Assembly (NCBI GenBank): GCA_965224245.1
Contig: OZ245046.1
Span: 1,056,001-1,120,000, forward strand
Source: Candidatus Eiseniibacteriota bacterium
GTDB lineage: Bacteria; Eisenbacteria; RBG-16-71-46; CAZAMP01
Length of the DNA stretch: 64,000 bases
Direction: 5' to 3'
Shown: positions 9,947 to 19,838 of the stretch, piece after piece
Position numbering within the stretch: position 1 is the first letter of the stretch
Layout of the letters: each line of letters begins with the position of its first letter
Made by a program: the position numbers and the translations under genes
The notes under the pieces: generated by a model
The model's input: the letters and a program-made list of their open reading frames with translations, nothing else
Told to the model about the DNA's origin: nothing
Database searches by the model: none

Positions 9947-10729
9947 TCACGGCCGCGGTGAACGCGAGTGCGACGGTGGCGAGACCGCGTCGAGTCCGAC
10001 ATGGCTCGCCAGGCCGTATGCCATGATCCCGGTACGACCCACTTCGGTCTCGAGGCCGCTGCTCGTGTCGATGGTGTAGAGCGTCTCGAGTGCCGTCGAG
10101 GCACCATACAGAGTGCCGGAGTCGTCGAAGTGTAGCACCATGAACGTGACCGGTGCGGTGGTCTCACCGACGCGGGTCACGGTCGCGTCCGTGGGATCGA
10201 TCCGGTACAGGACGCCAGTCAACGTGGGCAGCCGCATTGACATTGCATACATCGTGGCGGTGGTGGGATCGATGGCGAGTCCGGCGAAGAACTCGTGAGG
10301 CCCGAACGCGGGCGTCCCCACCGGCGTGACCGTCGCCGTCGCGAGGTCGATGCGCACCAGCGCGTTCGGAAAGTTGAGCCCTGCATACAGCGCACCGGAT
10401 CCATCGAACGCCAGCCCGTAGCCGTTGTTGCCCACGGCCGTGATGGCGGTCGTCTTTCCGTGCACGGTGTCGACCAGCCGGAGGCTGTCCCCCGAGATCG
10501 TGAACATCGACCCCTGCGAGTCGATGGCGAGTCCGGCCCCTCCGTCGACGACGGTGGTCACGAACGTCGCCGACCCCGTGTGGCGATCGAGTGTGTACAG
10601 ATCTCCATTCACGTCGAGCGCATACGAGAGGCTCGACGCCTCGGAAGATGCGTCGGTCGCCCTGACCGGTGGGACGGTGAGCACGGCGATGGCGATGGTG
10701 AGAACCGTGCGTCGAAGATCGAGCATCAT
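9947..10729 (-). CDS. Secreted beta-propeller repeat protein
   Basis: Signal peptide; repeats of GLA(F/I)DxxGxLY...LYxID..T...T.VG. Confidence 0.7.
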   Translation of the reverse strand: MMLDLRRTVLTIAIAVLTVPPVRATDASSEASSLSYALDVNGDLYTLDRHTGSATFVTTVVDGGAGLAIDSQGSMFTISGDSLRLVDTVHGKTTAITAVGNNGYGLAFDGSGALYAGLNFPNALVRIDLATATVTPVGTPAFGPHEFFAGLAIDPTTATMYAMSMRLPTLTGVLYRIDPTDATVTRVGETTAPVTFMVLHFDDSGTLYGASTALETLYTIDTSSGLETEVGRTGIMAYGLASHVGLDAVSPPSHSRSPRP

Positions 10730-10951
10730 CTCTCCCGGGTGGAGTGTGGACGACGTCCGTGGAGACCCTGTCGGGGGCGACCGGGTGCCGGCGCGCGCCG
10801 GTGAGCCGGATCGATCCACGGTGGTGCCTATCCGGTTACCCGCAGTGTAGACGCGCTGTTCCGGGAGCTCACGTGCGAATGGTCACCTGTTACACGACCG
10901 TTACGGGCAACGTCCTTTGGCACGGTTGCCGTTTCGGCGGCCGGAACGACG

Positions 10952-10979
10952 CGGGGCGCCTCCTCTCGAAGGCGCCCCG
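10952..10979 (-). terminator. GC-rich hairpin downstream of the metalloprotease gene
   Basis: CGGGGCGCCT-8 nt-AGGCGCCCCG (10-bp stem); no clear U-tract. Confidence 0.35.
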
Positions 10980-11007
10980 GCGTTCGCGACCGGCAGAGCT
11001 TCGGGCG

Positions 11008-14000
11008 TCAGCCGGTGATCGTCAGCTTCTCGACCGCACGCCGATCGGCGGCGGTGAGCTGAAGGAAGTACACACCGGGAGCGACGAGCGTGCCAGCGGC
11101 ACTTCGACCGTCCCAGTACACCTCGAACGTACCCGCGTCCGCCGGCCCGTGGGCGAGCTGCCGGACCACACGCCCCCGCACGTCGAGGATCGACAGCGAC
11201 ATCGGAGCCGGCGCATCGAGCTCGTAGGTGAGCGTGCCGCCGCCCACCGGAAACGGATTTCGGGGCATCGACAGACCGAACGTGACGTGGGCGGTCTCGG
11301 GAAGCGAGAGCATCCCCGGCTCTCGCACGTGAAGGCTGTACGAGCCCGAGCTGTCGTCGTTGCTGAACACGGCGACCCCATACCAGTCCGCATCCGTGAC
11401 GGTCACCGACATCACCTCGGAGGCACCGCTCCCGGCCGCGTCCACGCGGGCCATCGCGCTCGCGGACCCCTGATACAGGGGCTGGCCGGCGGAGCTGAAG
11501 AAGACGAGCCCGAGGTCCAGACCCCCGGACTCGATCTCGACCTCGATCTCGACACCCTGACCGTCGGGAACGCTTCCGTCCACGAACAGATCCCAGATCT
11601 GAACGACCTCGGCGGCGGTCCAGGGCACGCCCGTCACATCCACTCCCATGGGGTCGAACACGAGCTTCTCGGCACCGTCCTCGAACGAGGCGGTGAACGG
11701 ACCCACCGCACCCCACAGGCGTTCCGGCCTCGGGTAGAGATTGCGGGGACCCAGATGGTTGTGATCGCTGGCCACGATGGACACGCCCGTCCCCTGGAAG
11801 TCGAGCGTCTGGTAGCAGCTGCCGCTGGACGGCGCGCAGTCCCAGACCGGAAGCACGCAGTTCTCGCCGGGTGACGACCGCATCCCCACCGCCGACCAGC
11901 CCGCGGTGGTCACGGGCATGATCGTCCACATGACGTTGGACTCGGACGTGGTCGCCGGAACCGACTCCTCCAGCGTGAAACGCGGACCCCACACGATCGT
12001 GTACTCACCGCCCGCGCCACTGTTCTCGGTCATCACGTAGGCGAAGTCGCTCGAGAAGAGCGGCGTGTAGCTGAACCACTCGCCGAGGTCGGTCGGAGGT
12101 CGGAAGTCCGACTGGGCCCGTGCGTCGTCCTTGGTCTGAAACCAGATCGCGACCGCGTTCCCGAACAGGTACGTGCCCGCGTCCAGGTCGGCGCTCGTGT
12201 TGTACTGACGGAAGTAGTACGGCTGATCGATGGCGAGAGGGACGTCCCAGACCTTGACCACCTGGCCCGCCGGCCAGTCGTACGTGTGGATGCCGCCGAG
12301 CACGTCGGCGCCGTGCTCCCAGTTCGTCGAGATGGGGCCCCATCCGTCCTCGAGCCGCCGGCGGAGGTAGTCGGTGGAGTAGCCGTCCCGGTAGTCGATG
12401 ACGATGAGCTCCACGCCACCGGGCCCCTCGGTGTCCGAGTGCTGGCGCTGCGTCTCGTACGTGGACTCGTCGAACATGGCAAGCGACGCATCCACACCGG
12501 CGGCGGGACGGCATCCGGCCACCGCCCACGCGTTCGCGTTGGGGGCGTAGCTGTACAGGGAGAGCTCCGACGTCTCGGTGTGCACGTATTCCTCGGGGAG
12601 TGGGAACTCCGACGGACCGATCTGGAGCGTGAACTGCCCGTCGGCCGCGTTCCGGCTCCAGACGACGAGGCCATACACGTCGTCGGCAGGAACGGTGTAG
12701 GTGTACACCTCACCGGCCGCGGCGCCGATCGTGTCGCGATACCACTCTGCGTCGAACTGAGAGGCGAAGTACATCGCGCCGTTCGATCGATAGAGCGCCA
12801 TGTCGAAGTCGGCGTCGCCGGAGATGTGATCGAGCTCGAACTGGAGCGTCTCGCCGGCGAAGAGGGGGACGTCCCAGGCACGCACGACGTTGTGCATGGA
12901 CCAGTTGTGGGTCGTGACGTCGCCGTTGGCGAACAGCATCTCCTCGCCGCTCTCGAAGCTCAGGTTGTAGGAGTCCGCCGCACCGGAGAAGCGGGTGATC
13001 TGGATGTGCTCGTTGCCGGGCCGACTGTGATTGTAGTCGCCCACGAGGAAGTCCACGGGCGCACCGGTGGCGGAGGCCGCCAGCAGCATGCGGTGGTTGT
13101 TCTCACCGTAGAGCGTCAGGTCGTAGTCCGCGGTGGCCGGGCTGCGAACACCCACCACCGACCAGCTGTTCCAACGCTGGGACATGACCTCGCTGTTCGC
13201 GACGTCGTTCCAGTAGAAGTACCCGCCGTGCGGGACCTCCCAGATGGCGGCCACGGTCGACTCGTCGACGTTCCGTTTCACGGGGTTCAAGAGGCCGTCG
13301 GAGTTGTCGTCGGCCCACGCCCAGTGTCGGGGGGTCCACTCGCAGAGGGCGTCCAGGTCGTTGTACTTCATGAGACATGGGACGTCGACGCCACAGGTGG
13401 CCAGCGCACAGTTCTCGTTCGGGACGTCCTCCCACAGATACCAGCTCTGGCAGATGTTGCAGTCGAGCCCGCCATTGCACGTGCCGTCCTCGGCGTACTC
13501 GTCGCAGGCGCCGAAGAGGTGCCCGAACTCGTGTGCCCACACCGGGCCCGTGGAGTCGAGAAAGAGCGACGCGAAGGCGTCGTAGTATCCGGCAAATGCA
13601 CGACCCGGCTCGTGGGGCTGGACGGCGAGGATGACGTTGTCCCAGCCGCCGTTCCAGGTCTGCAGCCAGAACGAGGCGTCGTCGGTGATCCGACCGTCGG
13701 CGTCCCAGTCGTAGATTCCGACGTTGTTGCAGGCCTCGTTCCACTGCTCCTCGGTCAGGCGATCGACGATCTCGGTGCTGATGGTCGTCTCCCATCGCAC
13801 CGCCACGCCGTCGTCGAAGCTCAGGTTGGCGCCGAGCGGGGCCTCGCTCGTGTAGTACTCGCGAGCCACGTCAGAGCGGGCGTATGCGGTGTACTTCTCG
13901 GACGCCGTGAAGCTGCTCGAGGGCGGGTTGATGAAGAAGTGCAGGATGAGCGTCGTCCCGCGCGCGTAGTGCACCGCGTCGTTGTCGGGAACGGTGCCGC

Positions 14001-14217
14001 CGCCGCGGTCTCCCGGGTCTGCCCGGTCGCTCTCGCGCACGCGATCCACGTCCTCCCATACGGCCGGGTCCGGGTCGGTGAACTCGAGATCGACGCGGGC
14101 CCGGGCCTCGGCCAGGAGGTCGGGATCCAGTCGCTCGATCGTGGGCGGCGTGACGCCGGCGCCGGCAGGCCCCGCCAGCACGGCTGCGAGGAATGAGAGC
14201 GTGAGGGTGCGCGTCAT
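11008..14217 (-). CDS. Secreted zinc metalloprotease (metzincin-like) with repeated beta-sandwich domains and FlgD-Ig C-terminal domain
   Basis: Signal peptide; WAHEFGHLFGACDEY (HExxHxxGxxD); Met-turn-like CLMKY; tail NPF...LDVRGRVVRQL...WDGR...GVYFLQL. Confidence 0.85.
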   Translation of the reverse strand: MTRTLTLSFLAAVLAGPAGAGVTPPTIERLDPDLLAEARARVDLEFTDPDPAVWEDVDRVRESDRADPGDRGGGTVPDNDAVHYARGTTLILHFFINPPSSSFTASEKYTAYARSDVAREYYTSEAPLGANLSFDDGVAVRWETTISTEIVDRLTEEQWNEACNNVGIYDWDADGRITDDASFWLQTWNGGWDNVILAVQPHEPGRAFAGYYDAFASLFLDSTGPVWAHEFGHLFGACDEYAEDGTCNGGLDCNICQSWYLWEDVPNENCALATCGVDVPCLMKYNDLDALCEWTPRHWAWADDNSDGLLNPVKRNVDESTVAAIWEVPHGGYFYWNDVANSEVMSQRWNSWSVVGVRSPATADYDLTLYGENNHRMLLAASATGAPVDFLVGDYNHSRPGNEHIQITRFSGAADSYNLSFESGEEMLFANGDVTTHNWSMHNVVRAWDVPLFAGETLQFELDHISGDADFDMALYRSNGAMYFASQFDAEWYRDTIGAAAGEVYTYTVPADDVYGLVVWSRNAADGQFTLQIGPSEFPLPEEYVHTETSELSLYSYAPNANAWAVAGCRPAAGVDASLAMFDESTYETQRQHSDTEGPGGVELIVIDYRDGYSTDYLRRRLEDGWGPISTNWEHGADVLGGIHTYDWPAGQVVKVWDVPLAIDQPYYFRQYNTSADLDAGTYLFGNAVAIWFQTKDDARAQSDFRPPTDLGEWFSYTPLFSSDFAYVMTENSGAGGEYTIVWGPRFTLEESVPATTSESNVMWTIMPVTTAGWSAVGMRSSPGENCVLPVWDCAPSSGSCYQTLDFQGTGVSIVASDHNHLGPRNLYPRPERLWGAVGPFTASFEDGAEKLVFDPMGVDVTGVPWTAAEVVQIWDLFVDGSVPDGQGVEIEVEIESGGLDLGLVFFSSAGQPLYQGSASAMARVDAAGSGASEVMSVTVTDADWYGVAVFSNDDSSGSYSLHVREPGMLSLPETAHVTFGLSMPRNPFPVGGGTLTYELDAPAPMSLSILDVRGRVVRQLAHGPADAGTFEVYWDGRSAAGTLVAPGVYFLQLTAADRRAVEKLTITG

Positions 14218-14747
14218 CGTGCACCTCCCTCGCTGGCACGTCGCGCGGCCGCCTCGCGTCGCGCGGCGTCGAGCCGGCGAAGCTCGAACTCGCTGGGCTC
14301 GGTGGGACCGAACTCCGTCGTGCCGCTGCCCATGCCTGCGGTGGTGGGTCGATCGGTGACCGGCGCATGTTCGGGGTGAGTGGCGCCCGAGGCTCTCGCG
14401 AGCGCGGCGAGGCGGAGCTTCGCGAGCTCGATCGCGTTCGGGGTCGCGGTCGGGAGCCCCGCGCCCGCGTCGAGCGTGACCGGTCGACGTCCCGAGTCGT
14501 CGCGCGGCCCGAGCCGGGGCGTCGTCGTCGGGACCGCTGAGTCGATCAGTCGCGATCCGACGATGGCAGTGGGGAGGGCGGATCGTGAAGCCTCCAGGTG
14601 ACGCGGCTCGATGAGGTCCGGAACCCCGATGACGGGAGCCGGGCCGGGTGGAGCCGCCAACGCGGAGACCGTCAGCAAGCAGGTCAGGAACAGAGCAATG
14701 CGCTGGATCCCGCGGCGTGCCCGGGGATCGATCTCGTGTCGGGCCAT
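14214..14747 (-). CDS. Small secreted Pro/Ala-rich hypothetical protein
   Basis: GAGGAG RBS; signal peptide IALFLTCLLTVSALA; stop overlaps the protease start (ATGA). Confidence 0.6.
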   Translation of the reverse strand: MARHEIDPRARRGIQRIALFLTCLLTVSALAAPPGPAPVIGVPDLIEPRHLEASRSALPTAIVGSRLIDSAVPTTTPRLGPRDDSGRRPVTLDAGAGLPTATPNAIELAKLRLAALARASGATHPEHAPVTDRPTTAGMGSGTTEFGPTEPSEFELRRLDAARREAAARRASEGGAR

Positions 14748-14993
14748 GTCGCCTCCTCGGCTTGCAGGGTCGTCTACGTGGGAGGTCGATCCCGAAGGGT
14801 CCGAGTGACGGCGGGGAAGCCGATCAGTATCGAATCGATGCTCGGTCCCCGTGTTCAAGCGGCCGGCCGTGTCACACGACAGCGCGGCGGTCGACCTCAG
14901 GATGAGGACCCGGCTGGACACTCGCGAGAGCCTTCCGCTAGAGTCAAACGTGCCCGCCGCGGTGGGCGGGTAGCCTCCAGCGGAAAGGCCACG

Positions 14994-15560
14994 ATGCAAG
15001 ACGGGTCGGGCCAGAGAGTCATTCCGGGCATGAGCTGGGACGAGGCGCGAGAGGTCCTCGCCACCGCCCTCATCCGGATGGTGGATGCCGACGATCGGTC
15101 GGATCTGGAGGATCTCGTGCAGGACGCGGCGGTGCGTGTCCATCGGGCCCTGGCCACGGCCGAGATTCGTGATGCGCGAGGATTCCTCGGGGTCGTGGCC
15201 CGGCGAACCTGGCTCGATCACCTCCGTGCCCGACGGCGTGCGCAGGCCCTCCGCGAGTGCCTGACGCAGGAGGCCGATCCCCCTCACACGCTGAGCACCG
15301 ACGCGCTCGGCGACCCGCGTGATCGGCTACAGCTCGTGGTCGAGGAGCTCTTCCGTCGCGAGTCGAACATCACATGCGGTGAGCTCTCTCGTGCGTACTT
15401 TCTCTCGCGTGACTGGAGAGAGGTCGCCGCGGAAGTGGGACTGACGCACGACACCGTGCGCAAACGGTGGTCGCGATGCGTCCGCTTGCTGCGCGAGCGG
15501 ATGCGGGAGGACGCGGACCTCTCCGCATTTCTGAACCTGACCCCGGGAGGCGTCGTGTGA
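14994..15560 (+). CDS. ECF RNA polymerase sigma factor
   Basis: Region 2 DLEDLVQDA...RRTWLDHLR; region 4 WREVAAEVGLTHDTVRKRWSRC. Start approximate. Confidence 0.8.
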   Translation: MQDGSGQRVIPGMSWDEAREVLATALIRMVDADDRSDLEDLVQDAAVRVHRALATAEIRDARGFLGVVARRTWLDHLRARRRAQALRECLTQEADPPHTLSTDALGDPRDRLQLVVEELFRRESNITCGELSRAYFLSRDWREVAAEVGLTHDTVRKRWSRCVRLLRERMREDADLSAFLNLTPGGVV

Positions 15561-16378
15561 GCTCGGTTCCGTCCGACAGTCACGTCGGTGCACGCCGTCG
15601 CTTTCTCGCGCTGGCTCTCGGTCTCCTCGACGACGACGAGGAGGCATCCGTGCGCGCGCATCTGACCGAGTGCGCGCCGTGCGACGCACGGTGGCGCACG
15701 TTCTCCGACGAGGACGAGCGTGACGAGCCCGGCCCGAGGCACATCCCGCCCAGGATGCTGGCACGCTGGCCGGTGGCCGTGCGCGATCTGAACGGGCTGG
15801 AGCGAGAGATGGTAATGCAGCACGTTGCCGGCTGTGGGACGTGTCGCTCGGATCTCGCCTTTCTCGGTCACGCACCGACGCTGGATCGTGTGGCCGACCC
15901 GCCGGTGGCGCCGTCATCGGCGCGTCGTGTCCTCGATCGGATCCGCGAGGTCATCGCACTCGCCGTCCTGGAGCCGCTCCCGGTATCGGTGTCACGGGGA
16001 TCGACCGTCGCCGCAGACGAGCGCACGGCGGGGCTCGATGCCTACGCGGGCGGTGATCATGTCCAGGCCGTCGAGCTCCTGGAGTCCGTGCTGCGGTCGG
16101 CTCCCGAAGACGCCGAGGCCGCTCTGTATCTCGGATCGGCCCTCATGCTGTCCGAGCGTACGGCCGACGCGATCCCGATCCTCGAGGAGGCCGCCGCGCG
16201 CGCACCCCGGGGCCGTGCGGCGGACGAGCTCCGATGGCAGCTCGCGCAGGCGTGCCTCGCCTCGGGGGAGCGCGCGCTCGCACGCCGGGCCCTGGAGGAC
16301 GTGGTGACCGCCGGCGGCCGGCACCGCGAGGCCGCGAGGCGGCTGCTCGACCGGCTGCCATCCGGCCCCACCGCATGA
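15557..16378 (+). CDS. Soluble anti-sigma-like protein with two zf-HC2/ZAS motifs and C-terminal TPRs
   Basis: GTGA overlap with the sigma stop; HLTECAPC and HVAGCGTC (HxxxCxxC); TPR helices; no TM segment. Confidence 0.75.
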   Translation: MSSVPSDSHVGARRRFLALALGLLDDDEEASVRAHLTECAPCDARWRTFSDEDERDEPGPRHIPPRMLARWPVAVRDLNGLEREMVMQHVAGCGTCRSDLAFLGHAPTLDRVADPPVAPSSARRVLDRIREVIALAVLEPLPVSVSRGSTVAADERTAGLDAYAGGDHVQAVELLESVLRSAPEDAEAALYLGSALMLSERTADAIPILEEAAARAPRGRAADELRWQLAQACLASGERALARRALEDVVTAGGRHREAARRLLDRLPSGPTA

Positions 16379-19146
16379 CACGCGGAGGAGCAGGCGACGA
16401 TCTGGCGCCTCTCCGAGAAGCGGATCGCCTCACCGAGCGCTACACCGCTCACTACCGCCGAAGTGAGTTCACCGAGGCACTCGATCTCGCGCGACGACAG
16501 CTCGAGCTCCTCCGCGAGCACCTGGAGCCGCGCCACCCGCGGATCGCCGACACGCTGAACGACATCGGACTCTTCTGCCAGGATCTCGGTCGCTACGACG
16601 AAGCGGTGGAGCTGACGGCGACGGCGCTCGAGATGCGGCGCGAGGTGCTGGGAGCGGGTCACCCCGACGTGGCCGAGAGCTGGAACAATCTGGCGCGACT
16701 CCACTGGCTGCGCGGAGAGTTCGACGAGGTGCTGCCGGCGCTGACGAGCGCGGTCGCAATCTGGCGCGCCATCGACGACGAATCCGAGCGAGTCGCCCTG
16801 GGACTCCACAACCTGGCCCGTCTCCATCACGATCTCGGTGACTTCGTCACCGCCGAGCCCCTGTATCGGCGCTCGCTGGCGCTCCGGCTCGGAATGAACG
16901 ATCGCACGGCGATCGTGTCGACCATGGCCTCGCTGGCCCGGTTGCTCATCGACGCCGGGGATCTCGCGGGTGCCGAGGAGCTGCTGCGAGAGGCTCATCC
17001 GATCGCGCGTGCGCTGGCCGACGACACGCCTCACATCTACCCGTTCACGATCGGCGCGCTGGCCACTCTGCTCAGCACGCGAGGCGCGCTCGAGGAGGCG
17101 GCCGCACTGCGGGAGGAGGAGGTCGCGTGCGCACGATCCCTGGGTGATGATCGAGTCAACCTGGCAACCGCGCTCGTCAATCAGGCGGTCGTTCTGTGTG
17201 ACCGGGGCGACTTCGACGCGGCCGAGCCGCTCTTGACCCGCGCGCTCGAGATACGGACCGCCACGCTCGGCGCGCACCATCCCGAGACCGCGCCCTGTCT
17301 CGCCGGACTCGCGAAGATCCTCGATGCACGCGGGGATCTCGGCGGCGCGGCCGCTCTCCTGCGTGACGCCCTCGAGCACTTCGAATCGGGCCCGGACGTG
17401 GCCCATCCCTTTTCGATTCGCACGCGGATGTTGCTGGCGCGGATCCTCGACGCGGACGGGGATCTCGAGGGTGCGGCGATCGTGCTCGAGGGCGCGTGCC
17501 GTCGCTTCGAGCTCGCCCGACCGCGGGCGGGTCACGGGATCGAACGGGCCACCTTCGTCGAGGAGCCGTACACGCATCTCGCGGACGTGTGTCTCCGGAC
17601 AGAGCGTCCGGCCGAGGCCTGGCAGGCGGCCGAACGATCCCGGGCCAGGGTGCTCGCCGATCTTCTCGTACAAGCGAACCATCGTCCGCTGACGAGCGCG
17701 GAGGCGGAGCGCGAGCGCGAGCTCGCGGCGGAGGAAGCCGCGATCGAGACCCAGGTGGAGGCCCTGGCGATCGGTGACCAGCGTGCCACTGAGCGACTCG
17801 GTGTGCTGCGCACGCGGCTCCTCGAGGCACAGGCGCAGCGAGGAGAGTTCCAGCGGGAGCTCATGGAACGCTATCCACTCGCGCATGGTCGCCCCGTCGA
17901 CTTCGAGCGGCTCCAGGAGGTCCTCGCGCCCGATCAGGCGATGGTCGGCTGGCTCGAGGTGACGGACCGCAGCGGAAGACGTCGCAGCTGGGGATACGTC
18001 GTACGCTCTCGCGGGGCCGTGAGCTGGGTACCGCTACCCGACGAGGCGGGCAGCGACGCGCCACGCCAGTGGCGGGACCGGCTCCTCCGGGATCGCGAGT
18101 CGGCGCTCGGAGTCGACGCGGACCCCGGGCTCGACGCGCTGTCGCACTCGATGTATCGCGTATGGATCGAGCCGCTGATGTCCGGCCTCCGCGATTGCCG
18201 CGCAGTCGTCGTCATCCCGTCGGGGTCGATGGCCAACGTGCCCGTGGAGGCGCTCCTCGCGGACGATGGCGAGACTCTCGGCGATCGGTTCGTGGTCACC
18301 TATGCGCCTTCGGCGACCGTCCACGCGTGGCTCGACGAGCGGCCGCCAACGGACGCCCCGCCCGGAACGGCGCTTCTCGTCGGGGACCCGGTCTTCCATC
18401 GCGACGACCTCGCCGGCGATGGATCCGCACCGCGCGGACGTGGGCGCGGGGACGCCACACCGCCGCGATCGGGTCGACTACGCCGGCTTCGATGGTCGCG
18501 CGAAGAGGTCATGCGATCGGCGGCGGTCTTCCCGGAGACCCGCGTCCTGCTCGGACCGGAAGCGTCGGAGCGAAACCTCCGGTCGATGGCCACTCGAGAC
18601 GAGCTCGCCCGGTACGACGTGATCCACCTGGCCACCCATGCCATGATCGACCATGAGCGCCCGGCCCGCTCGTCTCTCGTGTTGTCGCAGGTCGATCTGC
18701 CCGATCCGGTCGAGCAGGCACTTCTGGGGCAGCCGGTCGAACGCGGGTTCACGACCGCCGCCGACGTCTTGCGCGAGTGGCGACTGGATGCGCGGTTGAT
18801 CTCGCTCAGCGCGTGCGAGTCGGGTGTCGGCCGGCAGGTGGCGGGAGAGGGGATGGTCGGGTTCGTGCAGGCCTTTCTCGCCGCTGGAGCACGGAGCGTG
18901 CTCGTGAGCCTGTGGCCTGTCGACGACGAGGCCACGGCGCTTCTGATCTCCCGGTTTCACTCGAATCTCGCCGGTGTCGACGGCGCACCGCCCTCACCCG
19001 GACCGGAAGCGCTGCAGGAGGCGCGTCGCTGGCTGCGCACGTGGGAAGACGACCACGGATGGAGACCCTTCGCGCATCCCTACTACTGGGCCTCCTTCAT
19101 CCTGTTCGGGGTCGCCGCGGGGCCCGACGCGTCGCGGCCGTCGTAG
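16375..19146 (+). CDS. TPR-CHAT (caspase-like) protease
   Basis: ATGA overlap; N-terminal TPRs (HPDVAESWNNLA); catalytic IHLATHA (His) and LSACESG (Cys); SLWPVDD; HPYYWASFIL. Confidence 0.92.
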   Translation: MTRGGAGDDLAPLREADRLTERYTAHYRRSEFTEALDLARRQLELLREHLEPRHPRIADTLNDIGLFCQDLGRYDEAVELTATALEMRREVLGAGHPDVAESWNNLARLHWLRGEFDEVLPALTSAVAIWRAIDDESERVALGLHNLARLHHDLGDFVTAEPLYRRSLALRLGMNDRTAIVSTMASLARLLIDAGDLAGAEELLREAHPIARALADDTPHIYPFTIGALATLLSTRGALEEAAALREEEVACARSLGDDRVNLATALVNQAVVLCDRGDFDAAEPLLTRALEIRTATLGAHHPETAPCLAGLAKILDARGDLGGAAALLRDALEHFESGPDVAHPFSIRTRMLLARILDADGDLEGAAIVLEGACRRFELARPRAGHGIERATFVEEPYTHLADVCLRTERPAEAWQAAERSRARVLADLLVQANHRPLTSAEAERERELAAEEAAIETQVEALAIGDQRATERLGVLRTRLLEAQAQRGEFQRELMERYPLAHGRPVDFERLQEVLAPDQAMVGWLEVTDRSGRRRSWGYVVRSRGAVSWVPLPDEAGSDAPRQWRDRLLRDRESALGVDADPGLDALSHSMYRVWIEPLMSGLRDCRAVVVIPSGSMANVPVEALLADDGETLGDRFVVTYAPSATVHAWLDERPPTDAPPGTALLVGDPVFHRDDLAGDGSAPRGRGRGDATPPRSGRLRRLRWSREEVMRSAAVFPETRVLLGPEASERNLRSMATRDELARYDVIHLATHAMIDHERPARSSLVLSQVDLPDPVEQALLGQPVERGFTTAADVLREWRLDARLISLSACESGVGRQVAGEGMVGFVQAFLAAGARSVLVSLWPVDDEATALLISRFHSNLAGVDGAPPSPGPEALQEARRWLRTWEDDHGWRPFAHPYYWASFILFGVAAGPDASRPS

Positions 19147-19152
19147 GTCGAC

Positions 19153-19806
19153 CTACTCGTACTCGGTGACGACGATACGACCGGTGCCGACCTGGGCCAC
19201 GATGCGTCCGTCCGTGCCGCTTCCGATGACCCCGTCGACGAGAGTCCGGGTGACCGTGCCGTCGACCGGAAACGACACGCTGGCGCTCCCCACTCCGACG
19301 GCGAGATGCACCTCCACGTCGGTGTCCGCCGGAAGCTCGAGCCGGATGTCCCCGACGCCCGTGGCGAAGCTGCACTGTCCCGCCGCCCGGCCGGTGTAGC
19401 GGACGTTGCCCACGCCGGTGTGGAGAACCGGCCGCACACCGTCCGGAACCGTCACGTCGAGATCCACCGAGGTGTTCCGGACACCGTCCGGAACGGTCGT
19501 GATGACGTGAAGGCCCCGCTCGAGCTCGAGGATCTCGACGTCGATGTCGGAGAGATCCTCCGCCCGGGCCGCCCGCTTCGTGACGGTGACCCGCATGACC
19601 CCGTCCTCTCCGGGCCTCACCGTCACCGTTCCAGCGAAGTTGCTGACCTGGATCAGATCGGGAGACTCGAACTCGACGCTCGTTTCGCTCGTCTCGGAGA
19701 CCTTCGGGGTGGGGCGCGTGACGCTTGCGTCATCGCCACACCCGGCCAGGACCGCCGCCACGAGCCCGGCGGCGATCGACGACGTTCGCGCGATGCTCAT
19801 CGTCAT
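19153..19806 (-). CDS. Lipoprotein with DUF4097-like beta-strand repeats
   Basis: Lipobox LAGC; VDLDVTVP, TGVGNV, TGVGDIRL, GTGRIVV. Confidence 0.7.
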   Translation of the reverse strand: MTMSIARTSSIAAGLVAAVLAGCGDDASVTRPTPKVSETSETSVEFESPDLIQVSNFAGTVTVRPGEDGVMRVTVTKRAARAEDLSDIDVEILELERGLHVITTVPDGVRNTSVDLDVTVPDGVRPVLHTGVGNVRYTGRAAGQCSFATGVGDIRLELPADTDVEVHLAVGVGSASVSFPVDGTVTRTLVDGVIGSGTDGRIVAQVGTGRIVVTEYE

Positions 19807-19838
19807 ACCTCTCTCTGCTCGTCCCTCACCGACGGCGT

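Noticed and set aside
16375-19146. Calling the CHAT protein part of a type III-E CRISPR or gasdermin defence system
   Set aside because: No Cas7-11, CRISPR array or gasdermin gene is present in the window; only the mechanistic analogy is kept.
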